DNA of 64,000 nucleotides from an uncultured Nitrospiraceae bacterium. Lineage in GTDB: Bacteria > Nitrospirota > Thermodesulfovibrionia > Thermodesulfovibrionales > Dissulfurispiraceae. The position numbers and the translations under genes were made by a program. Within the stretch, counting starts at the first letter, position 1. The number at the start of each line of letters is the position of its first letter. Of this stretch, positions 19,694-30,504 are shown piece after piece. Where the stretch lies: the NCBI GenBank assembly GCA_903822005.1, contig CAIJNL010000026.1:14421-78420 (forward strand), given 5' to 3'. The notes beneath the pieces are model-generated. The model had not been told where the DNA came from and searched no databases. It worked only from the letters and a program-made list of their open reading frames with translations.

Positions 19694-20677
19694 TCAGACA
19701 CGGGACTGGAAATGCGCCTTGTGCCATCTCCATGCCGTCTCTATTATGCTTTCCATGTCAGTGTAATCTGGCACCCAGCCAAGCATCTCTCGTGCCCTGG
19801 AGCCAGACGCTAAAAGAACGGCCGGGTCTCCGGGCCGTCTTCCGGCCAATACAGGCTGAATTTTTTTGCCTGTCACCCTGGACGCAGTCTCTATGACCTC
19901 CAGCACGGAATAACCCTTGCCAGTGCCCAGATTACATACGCCGCTCTCTGCTCCGCTAAGCAGTCTGTCCAGCGCAGCCGTATGTGCCCTTGCGAGGTCG
20001 GTCACATGCACGTAATCGCGCACACACGAACCATCAGGGGTATCATAGTCAGTCCCGAACACATGCAGACTCTTCCGCCTGCCGAGTGCGACATCCAGGA
20101 CAAGAGGTATGAGATGGGTCTCGGGATCATGGTCTTCACCTGTCTGGCACTCGGGGTCTGCGCCGGCAGCATTGAAATAACGCAGGCTCATGAACCTCAA
20201 TCCGTATGCACGGTCATAATCCTGCAGGACATTTTCGATCATTAGCTTGGATTTGCCATAAGGATTAATCGGGGCCTGTGGATGCGTCTCTTCTATAGGC
20301 ACAATAGCAGGATTGCCATACGTCGCACATGTTGAAGAAAAGATAAAGTGCTTAATGCCGCGTTCCAGCATACAGTGAAGCAATGTCAGGGTTTTGCCGA
20401 GGTTGTTTTCGTAATATTTCATGGGATCAGTCACAGACTCACCGACATAAGCGTATGCTGCAAAGTGCATAACAGCTTCCACTCTGTATTTATCGAGACA
20501 CTGCCCCAGAAAATCCGCATCTCCGATATCAGCCTCACAAAAGTCGCCCCACTTAACGTTCTCCCTGTGGCCGTATACCAGATTGTCATATGCGATCGGA
20601 TTGTGACCGAGGGCCTTCAGGGCCTTGCATGCGTGAGAGCCTATGTATCCGGCGCCGCCGGTAACGAGTATATTCAT
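19694..20677 (-). CDS. galE: UDP-glucose 4-epimerase
   Basis: MNILVTGGAGYIGSH (start at 20677) and the YGKSK catalytic motif are present. About 327 aa. Confidence 0.9.
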   Translation of the reverse strand: MNILVTGGAGYIGSHACKALKALGHNPIAYDNLVYGHRENVKWGDFCEADIGDADFLGQCLDKYRVEAVMHFAAYAYVGESVTDPMKYYENNLGKTLTLLHCMLERGIKHFIFSSTCATYGNPAIVPIEETHPQAPINPYGKSKLMIENVLQDYDRAYGLRFMSLRYFNAAGADPECQTGEDHDPETHLIPLVLDVALGRRKSLHVFGTDYDTPDGSCVRDYVHVTDLARAHTAALDRLLSGAESGVCNLGTGKGYSVLEVIETASRVTGKKIQPVLAGRRPGDPAVLLASGSRAREMLGWVPDYTDMESIIETAWRWHKAHFQSRV

Positions 20678-20751
20678 TTTTTTTAACTCAACATTACTGC
20701 AACTTGCCGTCAAGCGCCCTCACTATTTATTCAGGCAACCCATGCCCGCGG

Positions 20752-21582
20752 CTATTTTTCTTTTCTCCAATAAGAGCTGTGAGAGTCAATTGCCTTTACT
20801 TCTTCTACTATTCCATGTTGCCCTCTGAAATCGTCTATCGCCTGCCTGCATCTTTTTATGTCGTAGTCGTCGATAATGCAGAACCCTCCCCTTGAAAGTT
20901 TCTGGTATAAATTTATCAGGGCATCCATTGTAGAACCATACATATCTCCGTCAAGACGTAGAATGGCAAGCTTTTCTATCGGGGCGAATGGAAGAGTGTC
21001 TTTGAACCATCCCTTGAGAAAGACCACTTGATCATCGAGAAGTCCGTAACGATTGAAGTTGTTTTCAACCTCCTCCAGAGAAACTGCCAAAAATGAATGA
21101 ATATGATGCTTATCACCAATATCTACCGGGTACTTCTCTGAATCAGGTTTCGGGAGTCCTTCAAAAGAATCTGCCACATATACTTTGCGGTCGGTAATAT
21201 CATAAGCGGCCAGTATGGCGCGCATAAAGATGCAAGCCCCGCCTCTCCAGACCCCGGTCTCAATCAGGTCGCCCGGTATTCCGTCTTTTATGACTGATTC
21301 GACACAAAACTGCAAATTATCAAGTCTCTTCAGCCCGATCATTGTATCACCATACAATGGCCAATAATTCCCCTCCTGGATTTGATCCGGTGTAATTGCG
21401 CTCTTCTTGCAAAGCTGATATTTGCTTCCGAGGATTTTTGTAAGTGCTGATGTCTGCAGTCTCTGGTAGAAAGGCCGCTTGTAATTAAAAGTCTCTACCG
21501 GAATCGGGGGTTCAGGCCATAGGGCATAAGCCAGTGCTTTTTTCATCAAGTCCAGATATAAAGCCCGCGCATTTGTTTTCAT
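20752..21582 (-). CDS. TylF/MycF-family SAM-dependent (sugar) O-methyltransferase
   Basis: GDLIETGVWRGGACIFMR, ADSFEGLP and LRLDGDMYGSTMDAL are characteristic TylF-family motifs. Confidence 0.8.
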   Translation of the reverse strand: MKTNARALYLDLMKKALAYALWPEPPIPVETFNYKRPFYQRLQTSALTKILGSKYQLCKKSAITPDQIQEGNYWPLYGDTMIGLKRLDNLQFCVESVIKDGIPGDLIETGVWRGGACIFMRAILAAYDITDRKVYVADSFEGLPKPDSEKYPVDIGDKHHIHSFLAVSLEEVENNFNRYGLLDDQVVFLKGWFKDTLPFAPIEKLAILRLDGDMYGSTMDALINLYQKLSRGGFCIIDDYDIKRCRQAIDDFRGQHGIVEEVKAIDSHSSYWRKEK

Positions 21583-21641
21583 CAGCCTCCCTATAATTTA
21601 TTAAACCTATGGTAGTAAGCTAATATTGCCTAATTGGATTA

Positions 21642-22751
21642 TTATTTTACTACAATAGTTTCAAGAAAATCATTCATATTAATCAACCATTTGTCCACAG
21701 CGTATTTTTTCAGTTCGCTAAAGGCTTTTGCTGCAAGGCGGGGTCCAAGAGATCGTTCAGTCAACAACCTTGAGACCTGATCTGCAAGACTTTTATCTGA
21801 GCCGGAGGAAAAGAAAAGGGCCGAATCGACATCTAAGACCTCCTTAACGCTATCCTGATCAGATGCAATTATAGGTTTTCCAAATTGCATATAATCAAAT
21901 AGTTTCAGAGGCAAGCTCCCCTGCGCACTGTCAAGAAGCGGAAGAATAAATATGTCGACTCCTTCGGCCTCGGATGACAATGCCTGCTGCGGGACCCGCC
22001 CGGTAAAGGACAGCCTGTCTGAAACCCCGGTCCCGCCTGCCAGCGCCTGCATCCTTTTATGATCAGGCCCTCCTGGTTCACCGCCTATAAATTTGACGCG
22101 TATGTTTTCCGGGAGAAAGCGCAGGGCCTCTATTATCGTATCCACACCCTTCCAGGCTTCAAGCCCGCCGATATAACCGAGCGTGATAGTTTTCTCCAAA
22201 GGCCTGCCCTGCGGCATGGCTTCCGGCAACGGCCCTCTGATCCTGTGATAAAAAACACGGGCAGGAATGTCTGCCGGTATCGAGAAAGCGCGTACTAATC
22301 TGTTCCTGAGCGATTCCGTTGTATAGATAATGCCGTCCACATTGCCGAGCGATTCGCTGTCCCAGGCCTCTGTCTCTGAATGGGGTTCGACTATAATCTT
22401 GATCCTGAAGCCGAGTTTCTTCAGCCACAGAAAGAATCTCAGCGGCTTTGCCTGCGTAACGTATACAAATATCTTTTCCTGCCTGAGAGATATGATGTCC
22501 TTTATTACCCTCGCCCTTTTCTCAACAGAGGCCATGCCTTTTTGAGAAAACCTGGTCAGCCTTAAATGCAGAGATGGACATTCATCCGGGCCGGCGCCAT
22601 AAACTTCCTTAAAGCCAATCTCCCGGCTGCCGCTGTTTGCATAGAAATAGACCTCTGCCAGAGCGCTCAAATCCATACTCGTCTGCATGGTTAGCAGCGA
22701 ATGCGCGCTTGGGAAAGGTACTCTTATGTTATGGTACGACAGTATGACCAT
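21642..22751 (-). CDS. GT4-family (GT-B) glycosyltransferase
   Basis: The C-terminal GT1/GT4 domain shows FTGRV...DIFILP and an E-x7-E-like region. The start is chosen at MVILSYHN (22751). The upstream ORF-track extension overlaps the preceding gene by 86 nt. Confidence 0.7.
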   Translation of the reverse strand: MVILSYHNIRVPFPSAHSLLTMQTSMDLSALAEVYFYANSGSREIGFKEVYGAGPDECPSLHLRLTRFSQKGMASVEKRARVIKDIISLRQEKIFVYVTQAKPLRFFLWLKKLGFRIKIIVEPHSETEAWDSESLGNVDGIIYTTESLRNRLVRAFSIPADIPARVFYHRIRGPLPEAMPQGRPLEKTITLGYIGGLEAWKGVDTIIEALRFLPENIRVKFIGGEPGGPDHKRMQALAGGTGVSDRLSFTGRVPQQALSSEAEGVDIFILPLLDSAQGSLPLKLFDYMQFGKPIIASDQDSVKEVLDVDSALFFSSGSDKSLADQVSRLLTERSLGPRLAAKAFSELKKYAVDKWLINMNDFLETIVVK

Positions 22752-23877
22752 CAAGAACCCTTTCGTAGACCCCGATAAGTCCCGGAACGACCTTCTCCCA
22801 GGTAAATCTCTCAAGGACCCTCTGCCTGGCCTTTTTACCCATCGCAGCGGTCAAATCCCTGTCCTTTATAAGCGTTATCGTCCTTTCAGCAAGGAGTTTA
22901 TCGTCGTGTTTCGGCACGATGAACCCGACCTCTCCATCCGTCAGGATCTCGGGGGTGCCGCCGCTCGGAGTTCCTATGACCGGCTTACCGCAGCTCATGG
23001 CCTCGATGACCGTCAGGCTGAAGCCTTCGTCACCAACGCTCGGCTGCATTGCTATATCCATAGCGTTGACCCACAAGGGCAGCTTCTCATGCTCGATCCT
23101 GCCGGCAAACAAAACATTATCGCCTATCCCCAGCTTTTCTGCCAGGAGATCGAGTTCGAATTTATAGTCGCCGCCTCCGATTATCAGGAGAGTGGTTTCA
23201 GGACATTCTTCAAGGATTCGCGGCATTGCCTTCAGCAGCACCTGTATGCCCTTCCAGCCTACCAGCCTGCCGATCGTCCCGATATAAGGGATGTCCGGCT
23301 TAAGTCCGCAGCTCTTCCTGGCCTCTGACATATCCATGGGTCTGAAGAGCTTCTCATCCGCACCATTGTATATTATGCCGGGCTGTATGCCGTACCTCTG
23401 CTTCACCTCATTGCCGTTGAATATGCTGCAGGCAATACTCGCATCGACCACCCTTTTAAAGAAAAAACGGTCGGTCATAAAAAAGTCTGCTCCATTGGCC
23501 CCGTATACGATCTTTGACCTGTTCCCCTTCTTCCTGAGATAGTACATAATCGGAAACTCAAAGGGCTTGTGCACATGGACAATATCGAATTTCTCTTCCA
23601 GTAGAAAGTCCATGCAGTTCCTGGCAAAGCTTATTCGTTTGCAGAGTTTCCTGAACCGGGAGCCGATGTCCGGAAATTCCTCTCTCCTCCTGTAAGGGAA
23701 GGCGTGATATTTTACGCCGTTCTTCTCAAAGGTCTCTGGAATCTTCCCGTCAGTGCCGCAGACTATTCGCACATCGATGCCCCTCCTGACCATTTCTTCA
23801 GAGGCGCCGATGCAAAAAGTCTCTATGCCGCCCTTCACAACATTCGTGGTAACGTTATACATTGCAACTTTCATCAA
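22729..23877 (-). CDS. GT4-family glycosyltransferase
   Basis: 382 aa. It has GGIETF at the N-terminus and GEGFSLTVIEAMSCGKPVIGT (EX7E region). Confidence 0.8.
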   Translation of the reverse strand: MMKVAMYNVTTNVVKGGIETFCIGASEEMVRRGIDVRIVCGTDGKIPETFEKNGVKYHAFPYRRREEFPDIGSRFRKLCKRISFARNCMDFLLEEKFDIVHVHKPFEFPIMYYLRKKGNRSKIVYGANGADFFMTDRFFFKRVVDASIACSIFNGNEVKQRYGIQPGIIYNGADEKLFRPMDMSEARKSCGLKPDIPYIGTIGRLVGWKGIQVLLKAMPRILEECPETTLLIIGGGDYKFELDLLAEKLGIGDNVLFAGRIEHEKLPLWVNAMDIAMQPSVGDEGFSLTVIEAMSCGKPVIGTPSGGTPEILTDGEVGFIVPKHDDKLLAERTITLIKDRDLTAAMGKKARQRVLERFTWEKVVPGLIGVYERVLDGHTVVP

Positions 23878-23886
23878 TCTATCCTC

Positions 23887-25020
23887 CTAACAACTCCCGG
23901 CATCGATAAGACTGCGGCACTCATTATAAACCGCGTCCACTGATATGTCTTTTGTGCATACCGGTTTTTTGCACCACCTCGCACAATTATCATACCAGCA
24001 GTCCGGCTTGTTCGAGATGACCCGGTGAATATCGAGGTCCCATATCGGGCCGTTCGTCTTGTAGTCGGACGGTCCGAAAATAGTGACTGTCCTGATCCCG
24101 AGCGCATTGGCAATATGAAACGGCCCGGTATCTCCTGAAACAAAAAGACTGAGCCGCTGCATGAGGGCGGCAAGCTCCTTTAAAGGCAGTTTGCCCGCAA
24201 CGCTTAAGGCCCCTGCGCCGATTGCCTCCCGGATTTCGAGGCAAAGAGGCGACTCTTTATTGCTGCCTGTCAAAATAATCCTTGCCCGGGGACAATCCGC
24301 AAGGATCTTCCTTCCGAGCTCAGCATAACTTTCAGGAGGCCACATCTTGCTCCTGAGCGAAGCTCCGGGATGAAAGCCTATCAGAAGCTCATCCCCGCTT
24401 ATGCCGAGATCATGCAGCAGGTTTCCGATCCCGGCCTTTGATCCCTCTTTGACAGCTATATAAGTTCGCCCTGCCTCGGGCTTCAGTCCGATTATTTCGG
24501 CCATCTGCAGATTCAGCGGTATTGCGTGGTCCGGCGGATCACCGCTTCCCATCATTTCTGGATTGCTGATTAAATACGGGTATATGGTGGATTTCCACGG
24601 CCTTCTGATCATCGTCCTTATCCCTGACCAATAGAGAAGTGGCAGGACATCAGGATCATTCATATTGGCCACCAGGGCAATGTCAAAGCCGCCGGCCTTC
24701 AGGCGCCTGAAGGTGGACAATACTTTTTTAAACTTGCCGTAATAAGGGATAACAACATCAACATTGGGATCATCTGAAAAAAGGTCCTGAAATGAATGAT
24801 GGACGAGCAGGCCGATCTTCGTATCAGGCAGGGCCTTCCTTAGGGCATCGAACAGAGGTGTGCAGAATATAGCGTCGCCCAGAGCCGTTGTGACCACTAC
24901 AAGTATCCCCCTGGATTTACGCGCATCAATGTCCTTGTGATGCTTTAGCTTCAGCGCTCCCGCATTATTCAGGATGCGCATGCCCTGTATCAGCAGATTG
25001 TCCCTTATCTTAAGATTCAT
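23887..25020 (-). CDS. GT9-family glycosyltransferase (heptosyltransferase-like)
   Basis: ALGDAIFCTPLFDALRKALPD at the N-terminus and GDTGPFHIANALG near the C-terminus are typical GT9 motifs. Confidence 0.85.
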   Translation of the reverse strand: MNLKIRDNLLIQGMRILNNAGALKLKHHKDIDARKSRGILVVVTTALGDAIFCTPLFDALRKALPDTKIGLLVHHSFQDLFSDDPNVDVVIPYYGKFKKVLSTFRRLKAGGFDIALVANMNDPDVLPLLYWSGIRTMIRRPWKSTIYPYLISNPEMMGSGDPPDHAIPLNLQMAEIIGLKPEAGRTYIAVKEGSKAGIGNLLHDLGISGDELLIGFHPGASLRSKMWPPESYAELGRKILADCPRARIILTGSNKESPLCLEIREAIGAGALSVAGKLPLKELAALMQRLSLFVSGDTGPFHIANALGIRTVTIFGPSDYKTNGPIWDLDIHRVISNKPDCWYDNCARWCKKPVCTKDISVDAVYNECRSLIDAGSC

Positions 25021-26155
25021 GAAACCTCTTTCTCATTCCCTTGCGGAGGCAGATTTCTCTCAGTTTCTCATAAACAGCTTCGGGACTTATCATGTCCATG
25101 CTCATACTCATGGACGGCTTCTGCCCTTCAGGAGGCGTGAGCTGTATTACCGCATGTTTCTCTCCATATCCGTAAGGGCCCACCCTCGTTGCAGGATTGA
25201 AACAATGTATAAGCGATAGCACATCCACATCTCCGACCGCAAAGCCGAGATGCATGATCCCTGTGTCGGTCGAAAGAAGAACGCTGCATTTTTTCAGTAG
25301 CGCGGCTGTCTGCGCGAGCGTCATCTTACCGGCCATGTTTAATACATCTTTACTGCCCAGGCCCGACTCAACCAGGTTCGCCTTGTTGAGATTATCTTTT
25401 CCTGCCGTGAGCATGAGCACAACGTCGAACTCTTCAAGAAGTCTCCTGCCTGCCTCTATGTAATTGGCGTATCCCCAGTCGCGGTACCCGCCGCGCCTGC
25501 CGCCCCCAACCTGAAAGGCAACGATATGACGGCCGGAAACCCCAAAACCGGCAAGCGTCTCTTCAATATTTTTCAGTTCATCATTACTTACTTCATATAC
25601 CAGGCCACGGTCCTTTGTATCCGCGCCTGCATACCGCACTATATCCATAGTCTGCTCGACCCCGTGGGTGCAGTCCCAGTCCGGCAGGATAACCGGGTGA
25701 GAGATAAGGAATCCCATGCGTGTCATAACAGGACAGCTCACAACCGCCCTCCGGTTTATAAAGTAAGCGAGGGGCCATACGTCGGGATCATTTGCCCTCA
25801 GTATAACTACCAGATCAAAATGTCTGCGTTTCAGCAAAAGATAATTCTTGATAAATGATATGAAGCCTTTTTTGTACAGGACAAGCTCATCGATGAACGG
25901 GTTGTGCGCTGCGACCAGGGACCTTCTCCTGTGGGCAACAACGGTGATGATGGTTTCAGGATAGGTCTCCTTCAGCGCCCTTATGGCCGGGCTGTCAGAA
26001 AGGGAGTCTCCGATACCCGCGGTGCTGAAGACCAGTATTCGCCTGAATGACGCTTTGTCGAGTACCGTATCAACCGGCGGCCATATGCTTGCGGCAGCCT
26101 TGAAGATAAAGAAATAGAGATTAAAGACAAATCTGTTCAACAATCTGTTAAGCAT
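25010..26155 (-). CDS. GT9-family glycosyltransferase (divergent)
   Basis: AGIGDSLSDSPAIRALKETYPE and STDTGIMHLGFAVG motifs are present. It overlaps both flanking genes by 8-11 nt. Confidence 0.78.
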   Translation of the reverse strand: MLNRLLNRFVFNLYFFIFKAAASIWPPVDTVLDKASFRRILVFSTAGIGDSLSDSPAIRALKETYPETIITVVAHRRRSLVAAHNPFIDELVLYKKGFISFIKNYLLLKRRHFDLVVILRANDPDVWPLAYFINRRAVVSCPVMTRMGFLISHPVILPDWDCTHGVEQTMDIVRYAGADTKDRGLVYEVSNDELKNIEETLAGFGVSGRHIVAFQVGGGRRGGYRDWGYANYIEAGRRLLEEFDVVLMLTAGKDNLNKANLVESGLGSKDVLNMAGKMTLAQTAALLKKCSVLLSTDTGIMHLGFAVGDVDVLSLIHCFNPATRVGPYGYGEKHAVIQLTPPEGQKPSMSMSMDMISPEAVYEKLREICLRKGMRKRFHES

Positions 26156-27230
26156 GCCAGTCCTGTCCCGATGATTCAGATATAAGGTCCATCATCTGCC
26201 TGATCCGCTCTTCCCATCCCGGCATCTTCATCGCCCTTTCGTAACCCCTGCGGGCTATCTCTTCCCGCGCCCCATCATTCTTCAGATAAAAGCGCATCTT
26301 GTCTTTAAGCTCAGCCATGTCCCTGTAAGTTTCTATCTCTCTGCCTGCCTCGTAAAACTCGTCCAGCTCTTCGATATAATCTGTCAGCAGAAAGCCGCCG
26401 CACCGGGGTATCTCGAATATCCTGAGATTCAGGCCGGAGTCCGACTTGCCGAGCCATTTGCTGATGTTCAGATTGACCTTTGCGGCACTGTACTGCTTCA
26501 CAAGTCCCTCTCCATAGAGACTGACACCCGCAACAGAGCGCAGCAGTCTGCAACTGGTGATATTCTTGCGTTTCCATTTTGGCCCCCATATCCTGAGGCG
26601 TATGTCCGTATCCGCGACAATATCTTCAATTATTTCCTGTCTGTTGGGGAACCATCCGCCCACGAATGCCACATCGCACCCGTATTTTCTTGTGTCCTCT
26701 CCCGACAATTCTATTTTATGGAAGAGATCTTTATCAACAGCATAGGGCAGGTAATAACAGTTATCAAGGCCCTCACTCCTGCATGTCTCCACAAAAGAGC
26801 GGTGGATAAAAAAATAGTAATCGAACAGTCGGGCGTCCTTCACCGCCATGTCTACCCATTGCAGGCCTTTTGTCCACCAGGCGATGGTAAGCTTTACACC
26901 CAGGTCGCCCTTCAGCTCCTGCATGAAATCCGGGGGCATGGCAAGACCGCGCTCGTGCAAAAAGATATCGGGCCGGAATTCCCTGACAACTTCCGACAGT
27001 TTCATTATCTTGTACCTGTCGCTCCTGTGGCGCGATGCCCTGCCGAACGGCCTGTCTTTTGCGATGCCGGTATTCCGCAGGAGGTTGTTGGCCGGCTTGA
27101 AGAAATATTCATCAACAGGGCTTATTTCAAGATCGGGATTAAAGACCTTCACTTCATACCCGAGCCTGCTGAATGTCCTGCCTAACGGTATTATATTTTC
27201 TATGCCTGATGAGATCAGAAGCTTTTTCAT
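26148..27230 (-). CDS. CgeB-like glycosyltransferase-family protein (DUF3880 + Glyco_trans_1_2 type)
   Basis: The C-terminus reads LNLRIFEIPRCGGFLLTDYIEELDEFYEAGREIETYRDMAELKDKMRFYLKNDGAREEIARRGYERA, the pattern seen in CgeB/YkvP-type proteins. Confidence 0.65.
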   Translation of the reverse strand: MKKLLISSGIENIIPLGRTFSRLGYEVKVFNPDLEISPVDEYFFKPANNLLRNTGIAKDRPFGRASRHRSDRYKIMKLSEVVREFRPDIFLHERGLAMPPDFMQELKGDLGVKLTIAWWTKGLQWVDMAVKDARLFDYYFFIHRSFVETCRSEGLDNCYYLPYAVDKDLFHKIELSGEDTRKYGCDVAFVGGWFPNRQEIIEDIVADTDIRLRIWGPKWKRKNITSCRLLRSVAGVSLYGEGLVKQYSAAKVNLNISKWLGKSDSGLNLRIFEIPRCGGFLLTDYIEELDEFYEAGREIETYRDMAELKDKMRFYLKNDGAREEIARRGYERAMKMPGWEERIRQMMDLISESSGQDWHA

Positions 27231-28282
27231 AAACAGGTTTTAATTCCCTTTGCCTGTATGGCCGCGCAAACTTCCTCAACCGTGATAGAGTTGACATCGC
27301 TGTCCGATGCCTTTAATGAAATATGCTGCTCGCCGTAGGGTCTCCAGACCTCCGGAGGCGCGGCGCCAAAAAGGGTTATCACAAGCGCCCCTGCAGCAGC
27401 CCCTGCATGGCTGGCACCGCCGTCACCCGTCACAAGCACATTGCAGAAAGAAGCAATGGCGGCAAAATCCATGATGCTATCGGTTTTGAAAAAAAAGGCC
27501 TCCGGTCCTATGCTTTTGCAGATGCTCATGGCCCTTACTTCATGCTCCGGAAGGCCTGAGATGATGAACCTGCAGTTATGCTCTTTAAGAAAATAAGCCG
27601 CCAGTCTTACAAATTTTTCAGCGGCCCAGGTCGAACTTTCCCTGTTATTGCTGATGTTGAAGATCACAAGACGCTCTTTTGGCCTCAATCCCTTTGAGAT
27701 CAGAAAGGCCTTGGCTGAGTCCTTATTATCGGACGGTAAGGTTATGCTTATGTCCTTTACCACCTCTTTAACACCCAGCGGATGCAGAAGGTTAAGACAG
27801 GCATCTACCTGGTGGGTACCGTAGAAATCGATAGGCGCTGCCGGGAGATTATAGAACCTGTTCATCAGGCGTTTTTTCCGTGAGATGTATCCGATCCTGA
27901 ATGCCGCTCCACTGAGAAGGGCTGCCGTCGCAAGAAAACTCGAAAAACCGCCCTTGACCCCGATTGCAAGATCGAACCTGTTTCCCCTGAGGATCTTGAG
28001 GATATTGAGGACCCTGCTCCTGTAGATGCCGGTGCCTCTCTTGTATACAAGCAGACTGTCTATATACGGTTCATGCCGGATGATTTCTGCATTACTGCTT
28101 TCGGCAAGCACGGTGATGCGCGCTTCGGGAAATGCTTTTCGCACAGTCTTTATGAGCGGGATTGTGCATATCATGTCGCCTAGCCTGTTCATCCTTACGA
28201 TCAGAATACTGGCGACATCATCCCTGCGGAATGGTGAAACTCCGCCAAAAAGACACCTCAGCACAGAGAGCTTATTTCCCAT
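27227..28282 (-). CDS. GT9-family glycosyltransferase
   Basis: NRLGDMICTIPLIKTVRKAFPEA and TGDGGASHAGAAAG motifs are present. The start is chosen at MGNKLSVL (28282). Confidence 0.8.
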   Translation of the reverse strand: MGNKLSVLRCLFGGVSPFRRDDVASILIVRMNRLGDMICTIPLIKTVRKAFPEARITVLAESSNAEIIRHEPYIDSLLVYKRGTGIYRSRVLNILKILRGNRFDLAIGVKGGFSSFLATAALLSGAAFRIGYISRKKRLMNRFYNLPAAPIDFYGTHQVDACLNLLHPLGVKEVVKDISITLPSDNKDSAKAFLISKGLRPKERLVIFNISNNRESSTWAAEKFVRLAAYFLKEHNCRFIISGLPEHEVRAMSICKSIGPEAFFFKTDSIMDFAAIASFCNVLVTGDGGASHAGAAAGALVITLFGAAPPEVWRPYGEQHISLKASDSDVNSITVEEVCAAIQAKGIKTCL

Positions 28283-29384
28283 GCCCTGACCTGCTTCCCG
28301 ACGGATATGCGCTCCTGAATTTAAGCATTTTGGATGCGGCAGCAATTACCTCGTCCATGGTTATTTCTTCAAGACATTTCCTTACCTCGATCCCGCTGCA
28401 TCTGCTCTCGGGACATGGCCGGCAATGCATTCTTTTTGTGAATATCAGATGCTGCTTGCCCCAGGGGCCCCACTGCATTTCGCCGGTAGGTCCGAAAAGC
28501 GCGATCACCGGGGTTCCGACCGCGGCCGCTATATGCATTGGAGCTGAATCGACCCCGATGAAGAGGTCCGAGGCGGCGGAGATCGCTGCAAGCTGCTTTA
28601 TTGTCGTTACGCCGCAAAGGTCTATCAGCTTTGCATCCTTACCCGCCAGTGCAAGTATGTTCTTTGCCCTTTCCATCTCACGCCCGGACGGAGAGGACGT
28701 TACAATTACCGCGGCTTTTTTAGCGAGCAGCCATTTTATTACCCCTGCCATATATTCATCCTTCCAGCATTTGAAGAGCCAGCGCGATGTGGGATGAATA
28801 TGGACCAGCCTGTCCGCTTTCCTTATTGAATGTGCCTTGAGGATATCAGCGACGAATCTGCCGGCCTCGTCGGGTATAAAAAAATCGACATCGGTATTAT
28901 CGGTTGCGATCCCGAATTGACTGACCGTCGAGAGGTTCTGCGTAACCATGTGAGGCGGTTCCGCATCCCTTGCAGCCATATGCGTATAGGCAAAGCGTTT
29001 GCCGGGGAACCCGCCGCCCTCCGGATCATAAGCGATCCTGTAACGCGCGCCCGAAGAGAGCGCTATCAGCGCAGCCCGGTCGCCGCTCGTAAGGTCAACC
29101 GCCATATCAAAATGTTTTGACCTGATCTCCATGAGGAAGGAGATTTCCCGCCTGAACTTGCCGAGCGCCGATCTATCCTTGACCCGCCTGTCGAATATAA
29201 TGATCTCATCGATAAGAGGATTGCCTGCGAGCACGTCTTCGGTGCCCGCGTTTACCAGCGCCGAGATGCGGGCCCCCGGAAAGGTTTCGCGCAGTGCCCT
29301 GAACACAGGGACAGACAGCAGCACATCGCCGATATGGCGCAGTTTAATGACTAGTATCTTATTTACACCATCGAATTTAGGCAT
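28272..29384 (-). CDS. GT9-family glycosyltransferase (heptosyltransferase III / WaaQ-like)
   Basis: LRHIGDVLLSVPVFRALRETFPGA, GVDSAPMHIAAAVGTP and a C-terminal Cys cluster CRPCPESRC are present. Confidence 0.85.
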   Translation of the reverse strand: MPKFDGVNKILVIKLRHIGDVLLSVPVFRALRETFPGARISALVNAGTEDVLAGNPLIDEIIIFDRRVKDRSALGKFRREISFLMEIRSKHFDMAVDLTSGDRAALIALSSGARYRIAYDPEGGGFPGKRFAYTHMAARDAEPPHMVTQNLSTVSQFGIATDNTDVDFFIPDEAGRFVADILKAHSIRKADRLVHIHPTSRWLFKCWKDEYMAGVIKWLLAKKAAVIVTSSPSGREMERAKNILALAGKDAKLIDLCGVTTIKQLAAISAASDLFIGVDSAPMHIAAAVGTPVIALFGPTGEMQWGPWGKQHLIFTKRMHCRPCPESRCSGIEVRKCLEEITMDEVIAAASKMLKFRSAYPSGSRSGHGK

Positions 29385-30459
29385 TTGGCCGGAGTTTCCT
29401 GTAAAGCGCTTCTATCTTGTCGAGCATTATCCCAACAGAATGCTTCTGATCCACGAGTCGCCTGCCTTCCCGGCCAAGGCCTGCCGCGAGCTCAGGAGAA
29501 TCGTGCAGTTCCATGATCTTTGCCGCAATCTGTGCGCTATTCTTCGGCTCGATCAAAATGCCTGTCCTGTTGTTTATGACAACCTCTTTTATGGCCCCCG
29601 CGTCGGATGCGATGACAGGCTTTGCCATTGCAAGGGCCTGCAGTATGGTTTGGGGAACGCCTTCATTTGCGAAAGAGGGATGGACAATGATATCAAGCGA
29701 GGCCATGATTTCGGGCACGTCCTCTCTATGCCCGGTAAGGACTATTCTGTTTCTGAAAGACGCATCAGCTATGATTTTCTCAAGATGCAGCTTCTGGGGC
29801 CCGTCGCCGACAACATAGAAAAGAGCGTCGGGTATGCGTTCGAGAATGGACGGTATCGCCTCGAAAAGAAACTGATGCCCTTTCCAGCTTCTCAGCACGC
29901 CGATCATGCCGACCGAAAAACCCTGACGGCTGAAGACTGGTGTAACTTTCGCCGGATCGAAACGGTCTGTATCAACGCCAGTAGGAACTGACAGGATCTT
30001 GTCAGCCGGGAACCCTGCCTTTATCATATTATTTCTTATCTCTTCACCGGTTGTAATAACGGCATCAGGCAGGATGGCATAGATGAGTCTGGCTGACAAC
30101 GAACTTTTGACCTGCGTCGACAGATGTTTTGTCCTGATGACCGCCGGTTTTGTTTTGGAAATTTTTGCGGCGAGTGTCGCCACCCAGCTGTCGGAAGAAC
30201 TGTGAGTATTGATTATGTCCGGCCTTTCCCGGTCGATGAGGGCAGCTGCCCTGATTATGGAAAGAGGATTGGTTTTTCTGAAAACTGCCGGCAGGGCAAT
30301 TAGTCCCGCCTCTCCCGCTTTTCTGAATATGACGCTGTCAGGCGGGGCCGCAATCAGTACCTGGTAACCGCGCTGTATCATGCCCAGAGATTCGCGGACT
30401 ATCCTTATCTCCTGCCCGCCCCATCCCATTGAGGATTCGGTATGTAATATTTTCAGCAT
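29377..30459 (-). CDS. GT4-family glycosyltransferase
   Basis: 360 aa. It has WGGQEIR at the N-terminus and ANEGVPQTILQALAMAKPVIASD (EX7E). Confidence 0.85.
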   Translation of the reverse strand: MLKILHTESSMGWGGQEIRIVRESLGMIQRGYQVLIAAPPDSVIFRKAGEAGLIALPAVFRKTNPLSIIRAAALIDRERPDIINTHSSSDSWVATLAAKISKTKPAVIRTKHLSTQVKSSLSARLIYAILPDAVITTGEEIRNNMIKAGFPADKILSVPTGVDTDRFDPAKVTPVFSRQGFSVGMIGVLRSWKGHQFLFEAIPSILERIPDALFYVVGDGPQKLHLEKIIADASFRNRIVLTGHREDVPEIMASLDIIVHPSFANEGVPQTILQALAMAKPVIASDAGAIKEVVINNRTGILIEPKNSAQIAAKIMELHDSPELAAGLGREGRRLVDQKHSVGIMLDKIEALYRKLRPNA

Positions 30460-30504
30460 GCCAAGGCCCGTCTTCCCCCTGCGGTAATCGTCGTGAATGA
30501 CTGA

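Noticed and set aside
29131-29991. 286-aa plus-strand ORF spanning the junction of two glycosyltransferase genes
   Set aside because: It is antisense to two well-supported GT9/GT4 genes and has low-complexity Ser/Arg/Leu composition. Shadow ORF.
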